DNA of 64,000 nucleotides from Acidobacteriota bacterium (lineage in GTDB: Bacteria > Acidobacteriota > UBA890 > WLXD01). The position numbers and the translations under genes are program-made. Under the pieces are notes generated by a model, which did no database searches, was not told the DNA's origin, and saw only the letters and a list, made by a program, of their open reading frames with translations. The stretch lies in NCBI GenBank assembly GCA_963666055.2, contig CAXWPH010000002.1, forward strand, positions 115,427 to 179,426, given 5' to 3'. Positions 32,809-41,800 of this stretch are shown here, in pieces; within the stretch, counting starts at the first letter, position 1; each line of letters opens with the position of its first letter.

Positions 32809-33585
32809 GTGGGCCCGTCGCCGACCGGGACGCTGCTGGTGGCGTTGTGCTGCAGCGCCAGCGCCACACAGGCGACGCTGTCCATCGAGTACATCGCTCA
32901 CGCCAGCTTCTTGATCGAGTCGCCGGGTGGCGCCCGCATCCTGGTGGATCCGTTCGCCAGCCGTGTGTGGATCGGCTACGACTTTCCCGAGGGCCTGCAT
33001 CCCGACGCGGTCGTGATCACCCATCCGCACTATGATCACGATGCCGGGCGGTTCCGTGGCTCGCCGTTCCCGTGGCCTGAGGCGCGCATCTTCGACGCCC
33101 CCGGCGAGTTCATGGTCGACGACGTTCGCGTGATCGGGCTGCGCGGAAAGCACGCCGATCCGTACGGCGAGGAGTTCGGCCAGCGCAACACGATCTGGGT
33201 GATCGAGACGGCCGGTCTCCGAATCGCACACATCGGCGACAACGGCCCGCTGACACGCGACAACGTTCGCGATCTCGGCACCATCGACATTCTCATGTTG
33301 CCGATCGATGCCCAGTACCACATCCTGGCGCGCGAGGAGGCCGCCGCGCTCGTTACGGCGGTGCAACCACGGCACCTGGTACCGATGCACTATCGGCTGC
33401 CGGAGCTGGAGCCGGACCCCGACTCGCCCGCTGACCTCGGCACCATCGACCCCTGGCTGCAGGGCCGCGCCGGAGTTGTGCGGCTCGGTTCCCACCGGTG
33501 GCAGGTGGGGCTCGACACGCTGCTCCCGGCCGGCAGCACGGTCGTCTTCGAGCCTTCGCCGCGGGTGGCGCGGCCAGCGCGCTAG
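32809..33585 (+). CDS. MBL-fold metallo-hydrolase, secreted
   Basis: Signal peptide. ITHPHYDHD metal motif, then IAHIGDNG. Confidence 0.85.
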   Translation: MGPSPTGTLLVALCCSASATQATLSIEYIAHASFLIESPGGARILVDPFASRVWIGYDFPEGLHPDAVVITHPHYDHDAGRFRGSPFPWPEARIFDAPGEFMVDDVRVIGLRGKHADPYGEEFGQRNTIWVIETAGLRIAHIGDNGPLTRDNVRDLGTIDILMLPIDAQYHILAREEAAALVTAVQPRHLVPMHYRLPELEPDPDSPADLGTIDPWLQGRAGVVRLGSHRWQVGLDTLLPAGSTVVFEPSPRVARPAR

Positions 33586-33668
33586 GGCATCGCCAGCGTC
33601 AGGCCGCCTTGCATCTAACCCCAGCTCGCCGAAACCAGGCCCGTCACACTTCCGCCACGGCCTGCTAG
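33582..33668. repeat. 87-bp CTAG-bounded palindromic unit (inverted orientation relative to 30564-30650)
   Basis: 76 of 87 positions identical to the reverse complement of 30564-30650 (hand alignment). Both terminal CTAGs contain the stop codons of the convergent flanking genes. Confidence 0.75.
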
Positions 33669-34396
33669 GGGTCGGAGTCGAACGGTGCTCCCAGTGCTGC
33701 CGCGAACGCGCGGATGCGGGCCGCGTTCGCTCCCAGATCACTGCGGCCGACGCGCGACGTCGAGCGTACGTCAACTACCGACCCCGACGAGACCGGGCGG
33801 ACGCGCACGACGAAATCCTCTACGAAGGCAAAAACACTCGATACCGCATAGGCCTCGATGTGGCCGTCGGCACGGTTACTGAAGGCAATGGTAAGGCCGA
33901 TCTCCTCCGCTGCCCGAATGGCGGCCGCGTGAGCCGCGCCGGGGTCGAGGTCGAGCTCGATGGGTCGCAAGTCGGGATAAGCGCGTCGTTGCTCGACGAT
34001 GACCTCGGCGCCGCCCTGCGGATAGGTCAAGTCGCGGCTCGCGTTATCGTCGTGGTCGAGGGCGACACGGTATGCGGGCGCATCGTCGGGTGACGTGGTG
34101 ATGTCGTGAATCGGCGGCGCGTTCATCTGCAGGCGGGCGGCCACCAGCGCAATGATCAGCACTGTGCCGCCGAAGAGTCCGCGTCGGCCTGCCGCCGGCG
34201 ACCGCGAATCCTTTCGTGCCCGGCGCCACGCCAGCAGGCCGAGGGCGATGCTGAGCAGGCCCCCCAGGGCCCAAGTCAGCACGAAGACTCCGAACCCGCT
34301 TAGCGGCCTGGCGGCGCCGACATGGATTGCTGCTACTGCGCCCCCCATGATGCCGACGGTAACGATGGGGGAGTATGCTGCACTCCGCATCAACAT
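33665..34396 (-). CDS. DUF1499-family membrane protein
   Basis: Three N-terminal TM helices, then PPIHDITT....SRVGRSDLGANAARIRAF, typical of DUF1499. Confidence 0.7.
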   Translation of the reverse strand: MLMRSAAYSPIVTVGIMGGAVAAIHVGAARPLSGFGVFVLTWALGGLLSIALGLLAWRRARKDSRSPAAGRRGLFGGTVLIIALVAARLQMNAPPIHDITTSPDDAPAYRVALDHDDNASRDLTYPQGGAEVIVEQRRAYPDLRPIELDLDPGAAHAAAIRAAEEIGLTIAFSNRADGHIEAYAVSSVFAFVEDFVVRVRPVSSGSVVDVRSTSRVGRSDLGANAARIRAFAAALGAPFDSDP

Positions 34397-34601
34397 TCCT
34401 TGCTCCCGAAGTGCCGGCAGGTGCGCCGTAGATGAGTCCCAGAGACCTCATCGGCCTGCTCTCGAGCTCCTCTGAATCCGACTTCGACGAGACGGTCCGC
34501 CGGTACTGCCAGCCGGCTGTTGGGGTAGGCATCGTACAAGACCCTGTACCGGCGCAGGATGCGCACGTCCCTACTAGGCTACTCGACTCAGGTAGACTCT
34601 C

Positions 34602-35528
34602 GTGATGGCCGAAGATCGCAAGGAGCTCGTGGCGATCGTCGCGGCGAGGGAGGATGAGCTCGCGCCGCTGCGCGAGCGTGTGCTCGTTTCCGAGAAGATC
34701 AAAGATGGGCCCCGCTACTACCTACGGGGCACGCTGCGCGGAGTGCAGGTCGTGCTCGCGGTTACCGGCGACGGCAAGCGCAACGCCGATCTCGGAATCC
34801 GACGGTTGATCCAGATGTGCGCGCCGACGCGCGTCCTGGCTGTCGGGTTGGGAGGCGCGCTCTCGACAGACCTTGCGGTTGGCGACCTGGTGGTCTCCAG
34901 CGAAGTGATGGAGGGAGAACACACACTCGCCTGTCCGGATCTGCAGTGGCTGGAGGAAGCGTCGATTCATCTGGATTATGACCTCGGGCGGCTGGTTACC
35001 GTCGACGAGATCTTGGCGACACCATCGAGCAAGTCGGAGTGGTACGGGCGGACATGGCGCGACCAGCCCGCTGCTGCCGACATGGAGTCCGCCTGCTTCG
35101 CCAGAGTGGCCGTAGCCTACAACCTGCCATACCTGATCGCGCGGGCTATCAGCGACGCTGCCGACGAGGTGCTACCAGAGTTCCTCGAGGACTGCCGCGC
35201 GCAGGACGGCAGCATCGACAAGCGTCAGGTGTTTTGGAAGACGCTCTGGCGACCACGCTCGTGGGGCAACATCGTACGCTTGCGCTCGCGCATGCGGCGG
35301 TGCGCTAGCACGCTGGCCGATTTCGCCGAAGGGATTGGTTGCTGCGTTAGCCTAGCTGCGTTCCCCTCACTGGGCGCGTTGCCAGCGTCCGCCATTGACA
35401 TGCCCCGAGGTGTCAAGGACACTCGGAACCCTATGCCCTCAGTGCGGTGCGCTGGTCTTGAACGCGGCGCGCCTGCCTCTTGTGCGTCGCCGTTGCCGGC
35501 GCCGATGCCGCGTTGCGAGTACGCATGA
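34602..35528 (+). CDS. PNP/UDP-1 family phosphorylase/nucleosidase, HpnG-like
   Basis: VVLAVTGDGKRNA, VGLGGAL, DMESA and ARAISDAADE motifs, plus a C-terminal extension (DGSID...LWRPRSW..VRLRSRM) like hopanoid-associated phosphorylases. ATGA coupling to the next gene. Confidence 0.65.
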   Translation: MMAEDRKELVAIVAAREDELAPLRERVLVSEKIKDGPRYYLRGTLRGVQVVLAVTGDGKRNADLGIRRLIQMCAPTRVLAVGLGGALSTDLAVGDLVVSSEVMEGEHTLACPDLQWLEEASIHLDYDLGRLVTVDEILATPSSKSEWYGRTWRDQPAAADMESACFARVAVAYNLPYLIARAISDAADEVLPEFLEDCRAQDGSIDKRQVFWKTLWRPRSWGNIVRLRSRMRRCASTLADFAEGIGCCVSLAAFPSLGALPASAIDMPRGVKDTRNPMPSVRCAGLERGAPASCASPLPAPMPRCEYA

Positions 35529-36571
35529 GCAGTACCGACTCACCGGCCGCCAAGCCACCGGCCGAGCGCGACCGCAAAGCCGAGCACATCCAGCTGGCGC
35601 TCGAAGAGCGTATGCAGCACGGCAGTCGCGGCTTCGACGCTTGGCGGCTCGAGCATTGCGCCCTTCCCGAGCTCGACCTGGCCGAGGTCGACCTCAGCAC
35701 CGAATTCCTCGGCAAGCAGCTGGCGGCGCCGCTCCTTATCTCCTGCATGACCGGTGGCACCGCTGACGCGGCCCGAATCAACCGCAACTTGGCCATCGGC
35801 GCCGAGCGGGCCGGTGTTGCGGTTGGCGTGGGGTCGCAGCGCAAGGCGCTGGAGGATCCTACGCTCCAAGCCACCTTCCAGGTTCGTGAGTACGCTCCCA
35901 CGGTCCCCCTGCTGGCCAATCTAGGGGCGGTGCAATTGAACTGCGGGTACGGCGTCGCCGAGTGCCGGGCGGCCGTTCATATGATCGATGCCGACGCTCT
36001 CGTGTTGCACCTGAACCCTCTGCAGGAGGCGATTCAGCCCGAGGGCGATGTCAACTTCGCCAACCTGTTGCCGAAGATCGGCGCGATTGTTGGTCAACTC
36101 GAGGTACCGGTCATCGTCAAGGAGATCGGCATGGGCATATCGCTGTCGGTGGCCGAGCGCCTCGCTGAAGCCGGCGTCCGTATCATCGACACTGCGGGGC
36201 ATGGGGGCACCAACTGGGCGCGCATCGAAGCGCAGCGTGCCGACGACCTCGAGCTCGGTGCGACGTTCGCCGAGTGGGGAATTCCAACGCCCGACAGCAT
36301 CCGCGCCGTCGCCAGCGTGCCGGGAGTCACCGTCATTGGCAGCGGCGGGGTCCGTACTGGAATCGACGTGGCCAAGGCGGTAGCGCTCGGCGCTGACATG
36401 GTCGGCCTGGCGTATCCGTTCCTCAAAGCGGCGCTGGAGTCAGCCGCTGCCGTCGTGGCGCGGATCGACCGTACCTTGACGGAGCTCAGGGTGTCGATGT
36501 TCTGCGCCGGCATCCGTACAGTGGCCGATCTGCGTGCCGCAAGTCTGATCGAGCGAGCGACTCGGCGATGA
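35525..36571 (+). CDS. fni: type 2 (FMN-dependent) isopentenyl-diphosphate delta-isomerase
   Basis: KAEHIQLAL, LISCMTGG, VGSQR and VKEIGMGIS motifs. ATG at 35525 overlaps the upstream stop. Confidence 0.9.
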   Translation: MSSTDSPAAKPPAERDRKAEHIQLALEERMQHGSRGFDAWRLEHCALPELDLAEVDLSTEFLGKQLAAPLLISCMTGGTADAARINRNLAIGAERAGVAVGVGSQRKALEDPTLQATFQVREYAPTVPLLANLGAVQLNCGYGVAECRAAVHMIDADALVLHLNPLQEAIQPEGDVNFANLLPKIGAIVGQLEVPVIVKEIGMGISLSVAERLAEAGVRIIDTAGHGGTNWARIEAQRADDLELGATFAEWGIPTPDSIRAVASVPGVTVIGSGGVRTGIDVAKAVALGADMVGLAYPFLKAALESAAAVVARIDRTLTELRVSMFCAGIRTVADLRAASLIERATRR

Positions 36572-37821
36572 CTGACGCTGCCGAGCCGGTCGACCAGGGC
36601 ACCCTCGTAGACGAGATCGTAGCCGGCACCCGGCGCTTCCATCACCTGCCGTCCGAGCTCGGCGCCGCTGAGGCTGCGGCCATTCGACGACAGGCGCTCG
36701 AGCGCCTGGCCGGAGTAAATCTGACACATACCGGCAAGTACTCATTCGACGCCGCGCGCGCCGCCGACAGCCATTGCGAGAATCTGATCGGTGTGACGCA
36801 GGTGCCGGTCGGTGTAGCAGGGCCACTACTCGTGCGGGGTGATTATATCGACGGTGAGGTCTACGTCCCTCTGGCTACGACGGAGGGAGCGCTCGTCGCC
36901 AGCATTAACCGGGGCTGTGCGGCCATCCGCGCGGCCGGCGGGGCCGCCGTGTACGTGGAGGACGTCGGCATGACCCGGGCGCCGGTGTTTCGCTCCAGCG
37001 GGCTGGCGCAGACACGTGAGTTCCTCCGCTGGGTTACCGACAACGAGGATGAGATCCGCTCCGTGGCAGAGGGCACGAGCCGCTTCCTGCAGCTGGTGGA
37101 TATCCGCCCCTATGCTTTCGGTACCACGATCTTCCTGCGCTTCAGGTTTCGCTCGGGCGATGCCATGGGAATGAACATGGCAACCATCGCCTGCGATCAG
37201 CTAGTGCGCGAGTTGATCGAGCCGGCGACCGGGGTACCCTGCGTTGCTCTTTCCGGAAACTACTGTACCGACAAGAAACCCGCGGCGATCAACTTCCAGG
37301 AAGGCCGCGGCAAGCGCATACACGCGCAGGTCAGACTCGACGCCGATGTGCTGGCGCGCCTGAAGACGAGCGCGGCCGAGCTGCTCGAGGTGCAGTATCG
37401 CAAGAACCTGCTGGGCTCGATTGCTGCCGGTTCGATAGGTTTCAATGCCCACGTCGCCAACGTTCTCGCGGCGGTGTTTCTCGCTACTGGACAGGATCCG
37501 GCGCATGTAGTGGAAGGGTCGATGGGAATCACCTCTATCGAGCCTGGCGACGAGGGTGGCGTGGTGGCATCGATGTACCTGCCTGCTGTTCCGCTGGCGG
37601 CGATCGGCGGTGGTACTGCGCTCGACACACAACGCGAGGCGCTTGCTGTGCTCGGCGTTGCTGCAGAGCCGGACCGGCCTGGTGTCGCGGTGCTGCGATT
37701 AGCCGAGATCCTCGGCGCCGCCGTCCTCGCAGGCGAGCTGTCGTTGCTGGCCGCTCTTACCTCTCAGGACCTCGCCGGCGCCCACAAGCGGCTGGGGCGG
37801 CGCGCCCGGCCCGGCAGCTAG
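36568..37821 (+). CDS. class I HMG-CoA reductase (soluble, archaeal-like)
   Basis: ENLIGVTQVPVGVAGPL, PLATTEGALVASINRG, GDAMGMNM and IGGGTAL motifs. 417 aa with no membrane domain. Confidence 0.9.
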   Translation: MTDAAEPVDQGTLVDEIVAGTRRFHHLPSELGAAEAAAIRRQALERLAGVNLTHTGKYSFDAARAADSHCENLIGVTQVPVGVAGPLLVRGDYIDGEVYVPLATTEGALVASINRGCAAIRAAGGAAVYVEDVGMTRAPVFRSSGLAQTREFLRWVTDNEDEIRSVAEGTSRFLQLVDIRPYAFGTTIFLRFRFRSGDAMGMNMATIACDQLVRELIEPATGVPCVALSGNYCTDKKPAAINFQEGRGKRIHAQVRLDADVLARLKTSAAELLEVQYRKNLLGSIAAGSIGFNAHVANVLAAVFLATGQDPAHVVEGSMGITSIEPGDEGGVVASMYLPAVPLAAIGGGTALDTQREALAVLGVAAEPDRPGVAVLRLAEILGAAVLAGELSLLAALTSQDLAGAHKRLGRRARPGS

Positions 37822-37832
37822 ACGGTCGCCTG

Positions 37833-38951
37833 ATGGAAGCGGCGCGGTTGCCCGAAGGGCGCTTGCTGACGCGCGTCTCGACGCCTGGAAAGCTCATCCT
37901 CATGGGCGAACATGCGGTCGTCTACGGTCGGCCGGCGCTGGTGGCGGCCACTAGCCTGCGCCTACGGGTCTACCTATACCGCGCACAGCGGGCCGGCGTG
38001 GAAGTGGAGTTGCCGGAGCTCCAGTTCCAAAACCACGTTTCTTGGCAAGAGATCTGGCGCTATGCGAGCCGAATGCGGCAGCGGTGGGACCGCTACGACA
38101 CGAGCCTGACGCCGGAGGTGTTCGCTCGCCTTCAGGACGACCGCCCCGACCGGTTGGTGCTGCTGGCACTGGGCGAGGCAATCACGGCGCTCGGTGAGGA
38201 TCCCGGCGCGAAGGACCATCCGCTGAGCGCGCTGCGGCTTCGGGTGGACTCGGCGGTCCCAATGGAGGTCGGCTTTGGGAGCTCCGCCGCCACCGCCGTG
38301 GCAGTGGTAACAGCGGTTTGTGCGCTCTCTGGTAAGGCGGAGAGGTGGTCACTGATTGGGCCGATCGTGGGCGAGGTGGAGCGCCGGCAGCATGGCGCGC
38401 CGTCTGGGGTGGATGTCGCGGCCGTGTTTCACGGCGGTGTGTTGCGCGCTCGCCGCGGCGGCGAAGAGCTATTGATCGAGCCGCTGGCGGCGCGCCCTGA
38501 CACCCTGCAGCGGCTGCGGGTGTTCGACACGGGTCGCTCGGCCGAGCCGACCGGCGCGGTGGTCGCGGCAGTACGGGCGCAACACGACCGCCACCCAGCC
38601 AGCTTCGAGGCGTCGCTGGACGCTGCCGAATCCGCAACCCGGGCCTTCCAGGACGCGGTTACCGCATCAGCTGACCAGATCGACCTGGTGCCACCGATCC
38701 GCGATGCTCAGCGCTACCTGGAGTCTCTCGGTGTGGTGCCCGAGCCAGTATGCGACGCCGTCCGCGCTGTCGAAGCTCTGGGCGGCGCCGCCAAGATCTC
38801 CGGTTCGGGTTCGCTCGCGGGGCCAGGGGCCGGCTCTTTGTTGGTATTGTTGCCTGCTGGGATCGAGAATCTCCCAGAGCCGCTGGCGAGGCTTCCGGAG
38901 CACGAAGTGTCGCTGGGCGCGGAGGGTGTGCGCGTAGAGGTGGCGTCATGA
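37833..38951 (+). CDS. mvk: mevalonate kinase (GHMP kinase)
   Basis: PGKLILMGEHAVVYG and EVGFGSSAATAVAVV (GHMP motif II). Confidence 0.85.
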   Translation: MEAARLPEGRLLTRVSTPGKLILMGEHAVVYGRPALVAATSLRLRVYLYRAQRAGVEVELPELQFQNHVSWQEIWRYASRMRQRWDRYDTSLTPEVFARLQDDRPDRLVLLALGEAITALGEDPGAKDHPLSALRLRVDSAVPMEVGFGSSAATAVAVVTAVCALSGKAERWSLIGPIVGEVERRQHGAPSGVDVAAVFHGGVLRARRGGEELLIEPLAARPDTLQRLRVFDTGRSAEPTGAVVAAVRAQHDRHPASFEASLDAAESATRAFQDAVTASADQIDLVPPIRDAQRYLESLGVVPEPVCDAVRAVEALGGAAKISGSGSLAGPGAGSLLVLLPAGIENLPEPLARLPEHEVSLGAEGVRVEVAS

Positions 38952-39973
38952 GCCGCAGCGCCACCGTCGAAGCACCCTCCAATATCGCGTTTGTGAAGTA
39001 CTGGGGTGCCGCTGACCTGGAGAAGGCCATCCCGCTCAACGCTTCGATCTCGATGTCGTTGCGGGCGTGCGTCACACGGACGAGCGTCGAGACGCTCGCG
39101 GCCGGCGCCGACGACCAGATCTGGATGCGCGTCGACGGCCAATGGCGTCGCGCCGAAGGAGCGTTCCGGCATCGCGCAGCGGCACATCTGGAAGGTCTGC
39201 GGCGTTGGGCCAAAGTCGACGTGGGCTTTCGGGTCGCTACCGAGAACAGCTTTCCTGCCGCCGCCGGTATCGCCTCGTCGGCTTCCGGCTTCGCCGCCCT
39301 CACCCTGGCGGTGCTGGCGGCGCTCGAGCGGGAGCCGGCAGGTGATGAGCTATCGAATTTGGCGCGGTTGTCTGGCTCAGGCTCCGCGTCGCGGTCGGTT
39401 TTCGGCGGCTACGTGCAGTGGCCGCACGGCGACGAGGCAGACCCGTGGCGCGCCGCACCGCTGGCGACGGCCTCGCATTGGGACCTGCGCGACGTAATCG
39501 CGATTGTGCAAACCGGTCCCAAGGCGGTGTCGTCTCTCGAGGGGCACGCCCGGGCCCCCACCAGCCCCCATTTCGCACGCCGGCAGGAGCTCATCCCGTC
39601 GCGTCTTCAACGGGTGCGCGACGCCATCGAGGCGCGCGACCTGGACCAACTCGGTCCGGTCGTCGAGGAAGACGCGATTGAGCTCCACCTGGTAGCGATG
39701 TCCTCGCAGCCTCCGATCTTCTACTGGCAGCCGGCGACGCTTCGCGTGCTGCACCACGTTCGCACCCTGCGGAGCGGTGGAACGTCGGCGTGGGCAACAA
39801 TGGACGCCGGAGCTAACGTGCATGTGATTTGCTCCGCCGACGACGAGGCAGACGTCGCCGCCGGGTTGGAAGCGCTCGATGGTGTCCAGAGTGTGATCCG
39901 CGACGGCGTGGGCTCGGGACCACGGACCCTGCCGGTATCGCTGCTCGATGCTCTGGATCGAGCGCAGCCATGA
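38948..39973 (+). CDS. mevalonate (di)phosphate decarboxylase family protein; substrate (MVA-5-PP versus MVA-5-P) unresolved
   Basis: APSNIAFVKYWG, AAAGIASSASGFAAL and GSGSASRS motifs. ATGA overlaps at both ends. Confidence 0.85.
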   Translation: MSRSATVEAPSNIAFVKYWGAADLEKAIPLNASISMSLRACVTRTSVETLAAGADDQIWMRVDGQWRRAEGAFRHRAAAHLEGLRRWAKVDVGFRVATENSFPAAAGIASSASGFAALTLAVLAALEREPAGDELSNLARLSGSGSASRSVFGGYVQWPHGDEADPWRAAPLATASHWDLRDVIAIVQTGPKAVSSLEGHARAPTSPHFARRQELIPSRLQRVRDAIEARDLDQLGPVVEEDAIELHLVAMSSQPPIFYWQPATLRVLHHVRTLRSGGTSAWATMDAGANVHVICSADDEADVAAGLEALDGVQSVIRDGVGSGPRTLPVSLLDALDRAQP

Positions 39974-40770
39974 ACGACCTGGTGGTAGTCAAGCTCGGTG
40001 GCAGCTTGATCACGAACAAGCGCCGCCATCGAACGGTGAGGCGGGCTGAGCTTTCGCGACTCGCCGGCGAGATCGCGGCGCTCACCCGCCGCTTTGGATT
40101 CCCGATGCTGTTAGGGCACGGTAGTGGGTCCTTTGGGCACGTGGCGGCAGCGGAGTCAGGCGTTCACGACGGGATGGCCGGGCGTCGTGCGCGGGTCGGT
40201 GTGTCGCAGACGCAGGCTGCAGCTGCAGAGCTGCACGCGATCGTGATGAGCGCTCTGCGCGATGCCGGTGTGGCTGCCTACTCGGTGGCGCCGTCGAGCG
40301 CTATTGTCGCCAGAGGCCCCGGTCTTCGGCCGAGCGTGCACCTGGAGCCGGTGCTCCGAGCGCTCGACAGTGGGCTGCTACCCGTTACGTATGGCGACAT
40401 CGTCATGGACCGGCAACGTGGCTGCTCGATTTGCTCGACCGAAATGGCGCTGCTGGCGTTCGTTCGCTCGCTACGCTCGTCAAATCGGCGTGTCTCCGAC
40501 GCCATCTGGCTCGGAGACACCGACGGCATTCTGGATGCGGCTGGGGTGAGCGTTACTCGCGTCCGCTTGCGAGACGCCAGGCGCGTCCGCCGCCTGGTGA
40601 GTGGCGCGGCCGCGACCGACGTGACCGGCGGCATGCGCCATCGGTTCGAGGCGGCGTTGGCGCTGGCCCGCATTGGCGTACGGTCCTATCTGCTCGATGG
40701 CCGTCGACCGGGCATCCTGCGACGTGCGCTGCGGGGCACCGCGGTGCCGGGGACAATCGTCGAGCGTTGA
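39970..40770 (+). CDS. isopentenyl phosphate kinase (amino-acid-kinase fold)
   Basis: VVKLGGSLITNK and LLGHGSGSFGH (IPK catalytic His motif). 266 aa. Confidence 0.75.
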   Translation: MNDLVVVKLGGSLITNKRRHRTVRRAELSRLAGEIAALTRRFGFPMLLGHGSGSFGHVAAAESGVHDGMAGRRARVGVSQTQAAAAELHAIVMSALRDAGVAAYSVAPSSAIVARGPGLRPSVHLEPVLRALDSGLLPVTYGDIVMDRQRGCSICSTEMALLAFVRSLRSSNRRVSDAIWLGDTDGILDAAGVSVTRVRLRDARRVRRLVSGAAATDVTGGMRHRFEAALALARIGVRSYLLDGRRPGILRRALRGTAVPGTIVER

Positions 40771-40817
40771 CCGGCGGCGGCTTCGTTGCCTGGGCCGCGC
40801 CCCCGCCAGGGTGGATA

Positions 40818-41771
40818 ATGGACCTCGGCCAGCCAAAGCCAGGCGCACGCATGGACCGCATCGAAGACCTTCTCGAGAAGACCAGCCGCACGTTCGCGCT
40901 ATCGATCCCGTTGCTGCCGGAGCCGACCCGCCGCGAGCTTGGCATCGCCTACCTGCTGTTCCGCATTGCGGACACCTTCGAGGACGCGTCGCAATGGGAC
41001 CGACAGCAGCGCATCGATGCCCTCGAAGAGTTCATGAGCCTGGTTCGAGATCCGGACGAGCAGCGCGCCGCCGAGCTGGGACGTAGGTGGGCCGCCTCCG
41101 TACCGATTGACCATCCCGGCTATCTCGAGCTACTCGGCGAATCCGCAACCGTGATCCGGGAATACCAGCGTCTGCGACCTGACGCACGGGAGATCATCCG
41201 TGAGCACACGTTGCGGACCGTTGCTGGCATGTCCGGATTCGTCAAGCGCTCTGTCGATGGCGTGCTCAAGCTCGAGTCTCTCGCTGACTTGCGCGAGTAC
41301 TGTTACGTGGTTGCCGGTATCGTCGGTGAGCTCAGCACTGATCTGTTCCTCCTCGAGCGCCCCCAGCTGGCGTCGTCGATCGAGTTCTTGCGACAGCGCG
41401 CTGCGCGGTTTGGCGAGGCGCTGCAACTGGTCAACATCCTCAAGGATGCCGCCACCGACCGGCGTGAGGGTCGGCGTTACCTGCCTGCAGCGTTGAAGCG
41501 CAAGGAGATCTTCCGGTTGGCCCGCGAAGACCTCCGAGTAGCAGCCCATTACACCAACGCACTGCAGGCGGCGGGTGCGCCGCGCGGCATCGTCGCGTTC
41601 TGCGCGCTACCTACACGGCTGGCCGTCGTCGCCCTCGACATCGTCGAGCGGTGCGGGCCCGGCGCGAAGATCTCACGCCAAGACGTTGCCGACATCGTCG
41701 AGGCCCTGAACCTAGATCTCGACGTCGGTGCTCCCGCGGTGGCGATTCCAGCAACCGCGAAACCGACGTGA
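40818..41771 (+). CDS. squalene synthase (squalene/phytoene synthase family, SQS type)
   Basis: SRTFALSIPLLP, YLLFRIADTFED (first Asp-rich motif) and NILKDAATDRREGRRYLP (second motif). The start could be ATG 40851. Confidence 0.8.
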   Translation: MDLGQPKPGARMDRIEDLLEKTSRTFALSIPLLPEPTRRELGIAYLLFRIADTFEDASQWDRQQRIDALEEFMSLVRDPDEQRAAELGRRWAASVPIDHPGYLELLGESATVIREYQRLRPDAREIIREHTLRTVAGMSGFVKRSVDGVLKLESLADLREYCYVVAGIVGELSTDLFLLERPQLASSIEFLRQRAARFGEALQLVNILKDAATDRREGRRYLPAALKRKEIFRLAREDLRVAAHYTNALQAAGAPRGIVAFCALPTRLAVVALDIVERCGPGAKISRQDVADIVEALNLDLDVGAPAVAIPATAKPT

Positions 41772-41800
41772 CCAAGCCGGTGTCCGGCGCTGCTCCGAGA

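Noticed and set aside
32374-33774. Long antisense or off-frame ORFs typical of high-GC DNA (for example 32374..33774 -, 15953..17083 -, 54300..55631 -, 42710..43555 -, 43194..44129 +, 1465..2355 -)
   Set aside because: All overlap genes with clear family motifs in another frame or strand. Their translations are Arg/Pro/Gly/Ala-rich without motifs. This is the expected artefact of stop-codon-poor GC-rich sequence.
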